DNA from: an uncultured Acidobacteriota bacterium
GTDB taxonomy: Bacteria > Acidobacteriota > Thermoanaerobaculia > Gp7-AA8
DNA length: 64,000 nt
Direction of reading: 5' to 3'
Assembly (NCBI GenBank): GCA_963822445.1
Contig: CAWGHO010000003.1
Span: forward strand, 1,024,001-1,088,000
Each line of letters begins with the position of its first letter. Position 1 is the first letter of the stretch. A model generated the notes under the pieces. It made no database searches. It was not told the origin of the DNA and was given only the letters and a program-made list of their open reading frames with translations. Position numbers and translations under genes: made by a program. Of this stretch, positions 27,189 through 37,889 are shown piece after piece.

Positions 27189-28469
27189 TTAGAACCGGTA
27201 GCCGAGGTTGACGGACCAGAGCACGGCGTCCGTTTCGTAAACGCCGTCGAATCCTTCGTCGTTCGTTCCTTCCGTGTCGCGATCCTTGAAGTGAAGGATG
27301 AACGCGGCGCCGTCGATGGTCCACGGGCCGTGATGGAAGCCGGCGCCGAACGTCGCGCCGACGCGATCCGAATCGGGCAGCAGCGGGCTGACCGCTTCGA
27401 CCGGCTGCGGGTTCTGGTCATACAGCACGCCGAGACGAACGTCGAAGTGCTCCGTTGCGTTGTGGTTCACGCCGAAGCGGAACGCCGACGAGTCTTCCCA
27501 GTTCTGCACGCGGGTGAAGCTCGCCGCGGGCGTGGTCTCGAAGTCCACCGACAGCGCTTCGAACTTGCTCCAGGTCATGTGGGTGACGTCGAACTCGAGG
27601 TCCCAGTTTTCATTCGGGCTTAAGGCGATGCCGATCGAGGCGACGGCGGGGAAGGGGAAGATCGTGTTGATGGCCTGATTCGGCGGGAGCTGGCTGCGGA
27701 CGACGGCGTCGAACTGCGCGTTGCCGCTCGGAATCGGGCTGATCTCGGCTTGTCCTTCCAGCTCGATGTCCATGTCCGTGCGGTACGTCGCGCCGAAGCG
27801 GAGACGGGGCGTGGCCTTGAAGAGGATGCCGACGTTCCAGCCGATGTCGCTGCCGTAATCGGAAGCGAGGCGCGTATTCGCGACGTCGGCGATCCGTCCG
27901 CTGAACGGATTCAGGGCCATGCGGTTCGCATTGAGGAACACGCGCGCCCGGCGATATTCGAGGCCGCCGCCGAGGGCGAAGCGGCCGTCTGAAGTCTGCC
28001 AGGCGATGGTGGGATTGAACGAGACCGTTTTCAGGTCCGCGTCTTCGGAGATGTAGCGCCCGGCCCAGGGCTCGGCCCAGTCGGTGCGCAGGCCCCACGC
28101 GGCGTAGGTGCCGAAGCCGACGGTGATGTTCTCGCCGATGGGCATGATCGCGTACATGTTGGGCGGGACGAAGGTGTGGCGGTTGTACTTGCCGTCGACG
28201 CCGGACGTGATCGGGCTGTTCGGGTCGCCGGTGAATTCGTTGCTGAAGTTGATGAACGTCGCGCCGGCGTAAGCGGCGAGGCGGCGCTGCTGGGCGATGC
28301 CGGCGGGGTTGTAGAAGATCGCGCTCGGGTCATCGGCCGTTGCGGCGAACGCGCCGGCCATGCCGCTCGCTTTCGCGCCCTGCTCGAAGATCGAGAAGCC
28401 GGCGCCGAATGCCGGCGCGGAAATCGACAACGCGAGCAAGGTCACAAGGGTTGTTCGAAAGGATCGCAA
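27189..28469 (-). CDS. fadL: OmpP1/FadL family outer-membrane transporter
   Basis: AGFSIFEQGAKASGMAGAFAATADDPSAIFYNPAG; LPDSDR; C-terminal YRF. Confidence 0.92.
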   Translation of the reverse strand: MRSFRTTLVTLLALSISAPAFGAGFSIFEQGAKASGMAGAFAATADDPSAIFYNPAGIAQQRRLAAYAGATFINFSNEFTGDPNSPITSGVDGKYNRHTFVPPNMYAIMPIGENITVGFGTYAAWGLRTDWAEPWAGRYISEDADLKTVSFNPTIAWQTSDGRFALGGGLEYRRARVFLNANRMALNPFSGRIADVANTRLASDYGSDIGWNVGILFKATPRLRFGATYRTDMDIELEGQAEISPIPSGNAQFDAVVRSQLPPNQAINTIFPFPAVASIGIALSPNENWDLEFDVTHMTWSKFEALSVDFETTPAASFTRVQNWEDSSAFRFGVNHNATEHFDVRLGVLYDQNPQPVEAVSPLLPDSDRVGATFGAGFHHGPWTIDGAAFILHFKDRDTEGTNDEGFDGVYETDAVLWSVNLGYRF

Positions 28470-28549
28470 GGTGCCTCCTAAGGCTGTGTTTCAGAAGGAA
28501 TTACGGCGGACCAAAACGGCGCGGATCATAGCACCGGCAATTGCGGCGA

Positions 28550-29923
<1,374 letters not shown>

Positions 29924-29945
29924 GAGGCGCGCGATTGTACGCGGG

Positions 29946-32063
29946 TCAGTCGATGGTGAGGCTGAGCGAGCCGCCACGGGCGAGAACGCCCTCGCGGCAG
30001 ACACGGCCTTCCGTCTTGTCCGCGCAGAAGCGGTAGGGACCGGGGGCCATGGCGGGGATCTCGAGATCCGTCGAGCCGATCATGGTTTTGCCGTGCGCTC
30101 GGAGCCAGTTCGAGAGATCAGGCGGCGGAATGTCGGTTCCGTTGTAGATGAGTAGTGGCCGCTTTGCGTCCTTCGGCCAAGTCACGCGAACCGTGCCGCC
30201 GACGGCCGCGAGCTCGAGCTTGATCGGGCTGTCCTTGGGCGAAAGGGTGTAGGCCTGAAGTGTTCGTCCGGGCGATGCAGCGATCAGGAGGATGCTGTTC
30301 GCATCGCCGGGAACGGAGAGTTCGAACTCCCCTTGAAGACCAGTGACGGCCTGGAGCTTCTTGGCGAGTCCGCCGGTGAAACCGTAGGCCGTGATGAGCG
30401 CGCCAGCGATCGGGTGGCCCACGGATACGAGGGAGCCGCGGAATGTGCCGATGGCCTGCAATTCGATCTGCACGTTCTGCGTGCGCGTTCCTTCCTCGAC
30501 GGCGATTTCGGTGACCCGGCTGAATTCGCCGGTCTTCATGTTGCGGGCATCGATCTTCACCCTGCCCGGTGCGACGCCGCGAATTCGAAAGCTGCCGCTC
30601 GCATCCGTATCACGGTCCAGCCATCCAGCCGGGGTAATGACGTTCACATGCGCTGCGGCGACTCGGCCGCCGTCCGGTCCAATCACCCACCCAGCGATCT
30701 CGGTATCGGGTAGCTCGATCTCGACCGGAGCCTCGGGTTTGACCAGTACATTGACTGCTGCTCTGATTCCGTCCAGATCTTCGCGAACGTCCACGTTCCA
30801 TTGGCCAGCGCGCGGAAGAAAGACTTCGAACTCGCCGTCGGCATTTGCTTTGGTGCTGATCCGCTCCTCCCCGCTGCCGCCGAAGCGCAGGTTCGCAGCG
30901 ACTGGCTTGTCGGCCATCGTCACTCTTCCGGCCGCGCGAAGGTTCGCAAGGCCAATGTTGAAGAATGCCTCCGTTTCGGATCGAACGGGGAACTCGCGGA
31001 GGACGACTCGATTGTCACGAGAGTCTCTTACGTTGACGGAGTACTTCCCGGGCGCTTGTCCTTCTGCCGTGAACGCGCCTCCGTCGTCGACGGTGCCTTC
31101 GCCCGCCAAGGACGCCTGAATTCCGAGCTCCGCCGACCGCGACAGCGTCACCTTCCAGGGCTTGTCCCACGGATCTCTCGGCGGATTGACGCTGATGCGG
31201 ATCGACAGCGGCGGATCGAGCCGGATCACATGCCGCAACGTGCTTTCCTTGCCTTCGTAAACCTCGATGTAAGGGACCGTCGCCGGTGCGAATCCCGGTG
31301 CGTTGACCACGAGTGAGAAGCTGCCCGCGGGTAGGGGAGCCAATTGCACGATTCCGCGGTCGTTGAACTCCCCTTCGGCGACCGGCTCGTTGAGCTTCAC
31401 CGACACCACCGACGGTGCGGCCATGGCCATCCGCACGAGTTTCACCCGCGCCGGGCCCTTCAATTGTTTGAGCGTGTCTCGATCGAGAAAGGCCACTACG
31501 GAAGCGCCGCGACGCAGCGCAACGGTCCCGAAGTTTTTCGGCGCGCCGGGCTTAAGCTCGATGTCCCATCGGTACTCGGGCGTGAACCCTTTGACGCGAA
31601 AGGTGAGATCGAGCGGGACAGCCGGAACGGCACACATCCACGAGCCGTCGGCCGCGATCGGGCAGTCCACCGCTGTCGAAATCGCTTGCGTCCCGAAGGT
31701 CGATTGCGCGGAGATCTCGAACGATTTCGGCATCTCCGCCTTCGCGGGCGGTTTGAACTTTCCCGCGAGCCGCGTCGTGCGCCAGACCTCGAGGCTAGCC
31801 GTCTTTGGCAACGGCTGGCGCGGCATCCAGAAGCCGTCGGCGGCGAGCTCGATCTCCCATTCTTTGACGGCATCCGCGAGCGTCACGGTCGCCACCCCGG
31901 TTGCGATCGGTCGGACGATTTCCGGTTGGCCGGCCGCACGTAACGTCAACGTGCCGTTGACGTTGCAGTCGGCGGAATTGACGCAGACAGCGCGGAAGAT
32001 GAGGGGGCGCTCCCCGGCTGCCGCGGTCGCCAGCATCAAAAGCGAAAGAAGGGCAGGGGTCAC
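29946..32063 (-). CDS. Secreted multi-beta-sandwich protein (carboxypeptidase-regulatory-like repeats)
   Basis: Signal peptide; repeated GxVxxxxGxxVxxAxV...TDxxGxF modules. Confidence 0.8.
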   Translation of the reverse strand: MTPALLSLLMLATAAAGERPLIFRAVCVNSADCNVNGTLTLRAAGQPEIVRPIATGVATVTLADAVKEWEIELAADGFWMPRQPLPKTASLEVWRTTRLAGKFKPPAKAEMPKSFEISAQSTFGTQAISTAVDCPIAADGSWMCAVPAVPLDLTFRVKGFTPEYRWDIELKPGAPKNFGTVALRRGASVVAFLDRDTLKQLKGPARVKLVRMAMAAPSVVSVKLNEPVAEGEFNDRGIVQLAPLPAGSFSLVVNAPGFAPATVPYIEVYEGKESTLRHVIRLDPPLSIRISVNPPRDPWDKPWKVTLSRSAELGIQASLAGEGTVDDGGAFTAEGQAPGKYSVNVRDSRDNRVVLREFPVRSETEAFFNIGLANLRAAGRVTMADKPVAANLRFGGSGEERISTKANADGEFEVFLPRAGQWNVDVREDLDGIRAAVNVLVKPEAPVEIELPDTEIAGWVIGPDGGRVAAAHVNVITPAGWLDRDTDASGSFRIRGVAPGRVKIDARNMKTGEFSRVTEIAVEEGTRTQNVQIELQAIGTFRGSLVSVGHPIAGALITAYGFTGGLAKKLQAVTGLQGEFELSVPGDANSILLIAASPGRTLQAYTLSPKDSPIKLELAAVGGTVRVTWPKDAKRPLLIYNGTDIPPPDLSNWLRAHGKTMIGSTDLEIPAMAPGPYRFCADKTEGRVCREGVLARGGSLSLTID

Positions 32064-32070
32064 GGAGGGC

Positions 32071-32331
32071 TCAGCCGCTGACGACGATCGTCATGCAGTA
32101 AACGGGAGGCCCATCCTGGTAGCAATAGCAGAATCCGTAGCCGCAATCGATAGTGCAATCGAACCCGCCCATTTCACCATCGCTCGCTCGGGCGCAAAAA
32201 ACTTCCGCTGTGTAAGTGTTCGGATCGTAGTACCCACCGCACGCCTCGCAAGACTCGCCACCAAACGTTGGCGCGGCGCTCACCATGAGCAATACCACCA
32301 GGAAAAGGACACGCAAGCCGGCTTTTTTCAT
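32071..32331 (-). CDS. Small secreted Cys-rich protein (86 aa, 8 Cys)
   Basis: GGAGGAG RBS; signal MKKAGLRVLFLVVLLMVSAAPTFG; mature part CxxC..C..CxxxC..CxC..C. Confidence 0.78.
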   Translation of the reverse strand: MKKAGLRVLFLVVLLMVSAAPTFGGESCEACGGYYDPNTYTAEVFCARASDGEMGGFDCTIDCGYGFCYCYQDGPPVYCMTIVVSG

Positions 32332-32424
32332 TCGAACTCTCCTCCCTCTTCTTTGTGGAAGTAAGAAGGGTACGTCGCTCGAGTGATCCGCGTCCATTTT
32401 GAGACGTACAATTCCCCCATCCCC

Positions 32425-34707
32425 ATGCCCCGCTCATCTCTTTTTGGCTGGTGGAAAGTCGCCGTCGTCGCGCTGACGATCGTGCTGCTTGCCGCGACAG
32501 TGGTCGTCCGGCCAGTGACCGAGCTGAAGACGGCGCTTTTCTTTGCGGCGCTGGTGCTGATCGCGACCTTCCTCCGCATCGAAGGCGGCGACGCCTCGGT
32601 CGGATTCGAAGCGGCGGTCGTGTTCGGCGCGCTGATCATCTTTCACAGCCCCTTCGTCGCATTGCTCGCCGTCTTCCTCGGATGCGCAGCGCATGGCGTC
32701 TATCTCGCGGTCAAAGAAAAACGCCTCTCCATCGACCCGTTCTACAACGCCTCGCAGCTCGCGCTGTCGTACGCGATCGTCGGCCTGCTGTATTCAGTCG
32801 CGGTTGCGGAAGACGCGAAACCGGCGGCGAAGATGGCCGGCTTCGTCCTGCTGCTCATCGGATACCTGGTCACGCATCTTCTATTCGTGTCGATCCGCCG
32901 TTACTTCGAAGAAGACACGGCGCCGCTCGATTTCCGCCGCGTCCTGACCGTGCACGGCAAGACGCTGGTGCTGATCACGCCCGTGGTCGCGATCGAAGTC
33001 ATGTTGTACGCGACCTACGGTCCGGCCGGATTCGCGATCGCGTTTCTGCCGGTGCTCATCGTCGCATACACGATGCGCAGCGAGGTCGAGGCCGCGCAGC
33101 ACAACGTCGAACTGGTCCGGCGCAACAAAGACCTGGCCATCCTCACGGAGAGCTCGACGCAGATTCTCTCCGCCGAAACCGATCACGAGACGTTGCGGCG
33201 ATTGATGTCGCTCCTTTCCAAGCTCGCGCAGATGAAGGCGTGCGCGGTGGTCACGTGGGAAGCGAATCCCGAAGCGCCGGGAACGGTGTATCGCTTCGGC
33301 GAGTGCCTGCCCACCGATCAGGAAGTGTTGCGCTGGGTGGAGTCAGCCGGTTTCGCGCAGTCCGCGCCGAGCCGCGCCTTCGTGTTTCAGAGCGACATGC
33401 GCAAGTTCCCGCTCTCGGGCGGACGCGCCATTCAGGTGCTGATCGGCATTCAGACGCCCGAGGTCATTTACGGGATTCTGATTTTCGAGACGGAAGATCT
33501 TTCGATTCTCAAGGCGGGGAGTCTCAATCTGCTGACGCTTCTCGTGAACCAGACCGCGCTCTCGCTGCAGGATCAATTGCTGCGCCGCGAAATGCGGGAG
33601 AAGACGATCCAGCTCGAGAGTCACGCCGCGACGATGACCACGATTCTAGACGTGTCGAACAGCCTGATCGGCCAGTTCGACGTCGACGCGGCGCTCACGC
33701 GCATCGCCCAGGCCATCCGCAAGGCCCTTGGATTCGAAGCCGTGGTCTTCGCTCTGTACGAACCGCGTCGCGATGAATACGTCCGCCGCGCGCACGCCGG
33801 TCTCGATGACGTGTGGGAAGACGTGCGGCGCAAGCATGTGCCGACGTCGGAGATCACGGCGTTCTTCAATCCCGAGTTCCGCGCGTCGAACTCCTACTTT
33901 GTCTCGCACACATCGCTGCGCAAGAGCGAGCACGATTTCTTCGTGCGGCCGGATGAAGACGACAGCTTCCTGAAGCCCGACGAATGGCATGAGAATGACA
34001 TGCTGCTCGTTCCGCTGACGAGTCCTTTGTCCGGCAACGACCAGATGCTCGGCTATCTCTCCGTTCGCGATCCGCACGACCGCCGAATTCCGACGCTGGA
34101 GAAGGTGCAGACCCTGGAGATCTTTGCGACGCAGGCGGTCACCGCGCTGCAATCGGCGCGGCAGTACGAGGAGATCAAGCGGCTGACGTTCATCGACGCG
34201 CTGACGCCCGCGTACAACCACCGCTACTTCCAGGAAGCGCTGAACAAAGAGATCCATCGCCACTCGCGCACCGGCCACGAACTGGCGCTGGCGATGCTGG
34301 ACATCGACAACTTCAAGAAGATCAATGACACGTTCGGGCATCCCGTAGGCGACGAGATTCTGAAAGGTCTCGTCGAGGAGCTGATGCGCAACGCGCGCGA
34401 CAGCGATGTCGTCGCGAGATACGGCGGCGAGGAGTTCGCGATCATCTTCCCCGACACGGCGACCGCTTCCGCGCGCGATGCAGCGAACCGCATGCGCGAG
34501 ATCGTGGAGAAGCGCGAGTTCCCCATTCCCGGCGTGAATCGCACGCTGTTCATCACGGTGAGCATCGGCGTCGCCGTCTTTCCGCGCGAGGGAACGACCG
34601 CGGCGGACCTCATCTCCCGCGCCGACGCCGCGCTGTATCACGCGAAGAAGAACGGCAAGAATCAGGTGGCCATGGCCCACGAGATCACCGAAGCGGAAGC
34701 CATGTGA
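32425..34707 (+). CDS. Membrane sensor diguanylate cyclase (TM + GAF + GGDEF)
   Basis: Multi-TM N-terminus; DIDNFKKINDTFGHPVGD; RDSD I-site; RYGGEEF. Confidence 0.93.
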   Translation: MPRSSLFGWWKVAVVALTIVLLAATVVVRPVTELKTALFFAALVLIATFLRIEGGDASVGFEAAVVFGALIIFHSPFVALLAVFLGCAAHGVYLAVKEKRLSIDPFYNASQLALSYAIVGLLYSVAVAEDAKPAAKMAGFVLLLIGYLVTHLLFVSIRRYFEEDTAPLDFRRVLTVHGKTLVLITPVVAIEVMLYATYGPAGFAIAFLPVLIVAYTMRSEVEAAQHNVELVRRNKDLAILTESSTQILSAETDHETLRRLMSLLSKLAQMKACAVVTWEANPEAPGTVYRFGECLPTDQEVLRWVESAGFAQSAPSRAFVFQSDMRKFPLSGGRAIQVLIGIQTPEVIYGILIFETEDLSILKAGSLNLLTLLVNQTALSLQDQLLRREMREKTIQLESHAATMTTILDVSNSLIGQFDVDAALTRIAQAIRKALGFEAVVFALYEPRRDEYVRRAHAGLDDVWEDVRRKHVPTSEITAFFNPEFRASNSYFVSHTSLRKSEHDFFVRPDEDDSFLKPDEWHENDMLLVPLTSPLSGNDQMLGYLSVRDPHDRRIPTLEKVQTLEIFATQAVTALQSARQYEEIKRLTFIDALTPAYNHRYFQEALNKEIHRHSRTGHELALAMLDIDNFKKINDTFGHPVGDEILKGLVEELMRNARDSDVVARYGGEEFAIIFPDTATASARDAANRMREIVEKREFPIPGVNRTLFITVSIGVAVFPREGTTAADLISRADAALYHAKKNGKNQVAMAHEITEAEAM

Positions 34708-34733
34708 CGTAGAGCAATGTAGAGTTGCCGCTC

Positions 34734-36017
34734 ATGACGCGCGCACTCATCGTCCTGCTCATCGCCGTCCCCGCTTTCGCTCAGACCCTCGAACAGCGCG
34801 TGCAGTCCGCACTGCCTTCGCTCGTCGAGACCTATCAGGGCCTGCACGCCGCGCCCGAGCTTTCGATGCAGGAGGTGAAGTCCTCCGCCTTCGTCGCCGG
34901 CCGCCTGCGCGACCTCGGCTACGAGGTGACTCACCCGTTCGGCAAGTACAACGATCCAGCGGTCACGTGCTACGGCGTCGTCGCGATCATGCGCAACGGC
35001 GCAGGGCCGACGGTTCTCGTGCGGAGCGACCTCGATGGATTGCCGGTGCCGGAACAGACCGGATTGCCTTACACGAGCAAGAACGCCGGAGTGATGCACG
35101 CCTGCGGGCACGACTTGCACATGACCATGCTCCTCGGCACGGCGAAGATGCTGGCCGATCTGAAATCGCAGTGGCGCGGAACGGTCATGCTCATCGGCCA
35201 GCCCGCCGAAGAAGTCGGGCAGGGCGCCGATGCCATGCTCGCCGGCGGGCTCTACGAGAAGATCGCCCGCCCCGATTTCGGCATCGCTCTGCATGACTGG
35301 GCGGCGCTCGAAACCGGGAAGATCGGGTATCGCCCCGGCCCGTTCATGGCCGCGGTCGACTCGATCAACCTCACCATTCGCGGCGTCGGCGGACATGGTG
35401 CCGCGCCGCACACGACAAAAGATCCGGTGGTCATGGCCGCGGAGACGATTCTCGCGCTGCAGACCGTGGTCAGCCGCGAGCGTTCACCGCTCGATCCAGT
35501 CGTGCTGACCGTGGGCAGAATCGACGGCGGCACGAAGCGCAACATCATTCCTGACGACGTGCGTCTCTATCTGACGGTGCGCACGTTCAGCCCCGAGGTG
35601 CGCAGTCGCGTGCTCGAGTCCATTCAGCGCGTGCCGAAAGGAATCGCGCTCGTGGCCGGTGTGCCCGAGGATCGCGGTCCGGTTTACGAGCATCTCGTCG
35701 CGGAGTCGGGCGCGGCTACGGTCAACGATCCCGCGCTCACCGAGCGCCTGTCGAAATCGATCGGGCGTGAGATCGGCGCGGCGAACGTAAAACACATCGA
35801 TCCGGCGATGGTCAGTGAGGACTTCGGACGATTCGGATTGAACGGTGCGATTCCGACGGTGCTTCTCGCGGTCGGCGCGGCCGACCCGGCGAAGCTGGCG
35901 GCGGGGACGCAGCCCGGGCTGCACTCGAGCAAGTACGCGCCGTTTCAGCCGGATGTGGCGATGGCGACGGGTGTGCGGGCGGCGACGGCGGCGGTGTTGG
36001 ACCTACTGAAGCGTTAG
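34734..36017 (+). CDS. M20 family amidohydrolase with signal peptide
   Basis: PELSMQE, RSDLDGLP, MHACGHD, QPAEE, SEDF. Confidence 0.93.
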   Translation: MTRALIVLLIAVPAFAQTLEQRVQSALPSLVETYQGLHAAPELSMQEVKSSAFVAGRLRDLGYEVTHPFGKYNDPAVTCYGVVAIMRNGAGPTVLVRSDLDGLPVPEQTGLPYTSKNAGVMHACGHDLHMTMLLGTAKMLADLKSQWRGTVMLIGQPAEEVGQGADAMLAGGLYEKIARPDFGIALHDWAALETGKIGYRPGPFMAAVDSINLTIRGVGGHGAAPHTTKDPVVMAAETILALQTVVSRERSPLDPVVLTVGRIDGGTKRNIIPDDVRLYLTVRTFSPEVRSRVLESIQRVPKGIALVAGVPEDRGPVYEHLVAESGAATVNDPALTERLSKSIGREIGAANVKHIDPAMVSEDFGRFGLNGAIPTVLLAVGAADPAKLAAGTQPGLHSSKYAPFQPDVAMATGVRAATAAVLDLLKR

Positions 36018-36018
36018 C

Positions 36019-36106
36019 TCTGGACTGCGGTGGCAAAGCCACCGCTCTCCACGCGGCGGCATCGCCGCCGCGAGCCAGAGCGGCAGCTCTGCTGCCGCAG
36101 TCCAGA
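36019..36106. repeat. REP-like element (three GC hairpins inside TCTGGACTGCGG...CCGCAGTCCAGA)
   Basis: Perfect 12-bp terminal inverted repeat between convergent genes. Confidence 0.85.
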
Positions 36107-36112
36107 AGCTAA

Positions 36113-36814
36113 TTACAACGTCCGCGTCGCCCCACCATCGACATCGAGAACCGCGCCCTGCGTGTAGCCCGGCGACGCGAGGAACGCGACCGCTCGCGCG
36201 ATCTCCTCCGGCTCCCCGAATCGCGCCACGCGGAACGCGGTGGGATCGAGATTTCCCCGCTTCTTCAGCCGTTCCGTGGCGATCGTCCCGGGATTGATGG
36301 CGTTTACGCGCACGCCATCCTGCACGCCGCGATCGGCCAGGACCTTGGTGAGATTCATCAGCGCCGCGTTCACCGCGCCTCCGATCGCGAACTCCGCGCT
36401 CCCGGTGCGCCCACCCACGCCGACGATGTTCACAATCGCGCCGCTCGAGGCGACGAGATGCGGCCAGGCCGCGCGGCAGCAACGCATGGCGCCGAAGAAC
36501 TTCAGCGCGAATCCGTCGGTCCAGGTCTCGTCGCTCAACGTCAGAAAGTCGCCGCGTTGCGTCGCGCCGGCGTTGTTCACCAGCAGATCGATGCGGCCGA
36601 AATGTTCCATCGCCCGCGCGATGAGCGACGCCGGTGCATCGGGCTCACGCAGATCCGTGGTGACGGCGATGGAATCGGGGAGCTCCGGACACGCCGATCG
36701 CGCGGCCAGCACCAGCTTCATCCCCTCGGCCGACAGCGTCTCCGCGATGGCCCGGCCGATGCCGCGGCTCGCGCCGGTGACGATCGCCACTTTTCCGGCG
36801 AGCTGCAGATCCAT
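36113..36814 (-). CDS. SDR family oxidoreductase
   Basis: IVTGASRGIG, LVNNAG, VRVNAINPG; catalytic YxxxK appears replaced (GGAVN), so atypical. Confidence 0.92.
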   Translation of the reverse strand: MDLQLAGKVAIVTGASRGIGRAIAETLSAEGMKLVLAARSACPELPDSIAVTTDLREPDAPASLIARAMEHFGRIDLLVNNAGATQRGDFLTLSDETWTDGFALKFFGAMRCCRAAWPHLVASSGAIVNIVGVGGRTGSAEFAIGGAVNAALMNLTKVLADRGVQDGVRVNAINPGTIATERLKKRGNLDPTAFRVARFGEPEEIARAVAFLASPGYTQGAVLDVDGGATRTL

Positions 36815-37269
36815 CAGCGACCTTCCAGCTCGCCGAGGAGCGTTTTGATCTCGGCCGCATGCGAGCGATCGTGCTCGACCATCATCTCCGCCACGTCGTG
36901 CAGCGAGACGTCGCCGACGCCGCGATGCGTTCCGCGCTTCTGCCAATCGTCCTGACTCGCCGCGCGCAGACGCGCCAGATTCGTATCGCGCGCTTCGACA
37001 AAACGTTGGAAGGCCGCGTCCGGATCCTGTTCGAGATAGTTGCGGGCGATTGCGATCGCCGCGCCGTCGAAGTCATCCCACGACGGTTGATCGTCGCCGA
37101 GGATGCGCTCGATGCGCTGGCCGTAACCCTCGCTCTCGAGATCGGCGAGATGGCAGAGATGCTCGACGATCGCGAACCCGCCGTCGCTGCCGCGAACGCG
37201 AAGCCGCGCGCCCGCCGCGGCAACCGCCTCCTTCAATGTCGATGGGAACGCCGCCAGGTCATCGATCAT
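36814..37269 (-). CDS. DinB family protein
   Basis: EHLCHLADLE and EHDRSH His motifs; about 150 aa. Confidence 0.88.
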   Translation of the reverse strand: MIDDLAAFPSTLKEAVAAAGARLRVRGSDGGFAIVEHLCHLADLESEGYGQRIERILGDDQPSWDDFDGAAIAIARNYLEQDPDAAFQRFVEARDTNLARLRAASQDDWQKRGTHRGVGDVSLHDVAEMMVEHDRSHAAEIKTLLGELEGR

Positions 37270-37886
37270 GTCAGCCTCCAGAAATCACCGGTCAGTCCCA
37301 GGGATGCGAACAGCTCGCGAATTTCGTCGGGCGTCCGTCGCCGCCATTCCGGCAACCGGCGGTCGACGCCGAACCACGCCTGCGCCAGCTTCCATGCCGT
37401 GTCGAGTGACAGAGTTGCGCCGCGCGGTCCGTTCCATCGATCGAGATGCTCCTCCGACCGGAAGAGCAGCATGGCGCGTCATGTGAAAACGATGTCGGTC
37501 CACCACTCTCTTGCCGGCACGGAGAAATGCACGATGCCTTCGCCGGTCAGCGCGCCGTCGCGAATGCGCAGCTCGAGCGGCTCATCGCAGTCGGGGCACG
37601 ACGTCGCGATGGTGCTGTCGACTTTCAACATCGGCGAGATGCCCAGCGCATCCCAGATGCAGTTGGCGAAATACGAACGCTCGCCGGCACGCACGACGAA
37701 CGGCGTCGGCACGGCGGAAAACGGCGCGGCCATGAGGATCTCGCCATTCGCGTCGAGAACGATGATTCGCTGTTCCGCAAGGCGGCGGATGGCGTCGCGG
37801 TCCGCTGTCAGATCTGCGACGGCGGGAACGCGACCATTGCGAATCGTGAGGTCGTAGAGCTCGCGGCGGACGTCCGCGTCAGTCAT
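37266..37886 (-). CDS. MerB (organomercurial lyase)-like protein with in-frame UGA, probable selenoprotein (206 aa)
   Basis: ORFs 37479-37886 and 37266-37472 share a frame, separated by TGA plus two codons; PFS..PT, ANCIWDAL, CPDC, WWTDIVFT-U-RAMLLFRSEEH. Confidence 0.85.
37448..37467 (-). promoter_or_regulatory. Putative bacterial SECIS hairpin
   Basis: GCUCUUCC-GGUC-GGAGGAGC; G-initiated loop begins 19 nt after the UGA. Confidence 0.72.
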
Positions 37887-37889
37887 CCC

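Noticed and set aside
37266-37886. merB-like gene as a nonsense pseudogene or two small genes
   Set aside because: A single in-frame UGA at a catalytic Cys column, a SECIS-like hairpin and intact halves favour selenocysteine recoding
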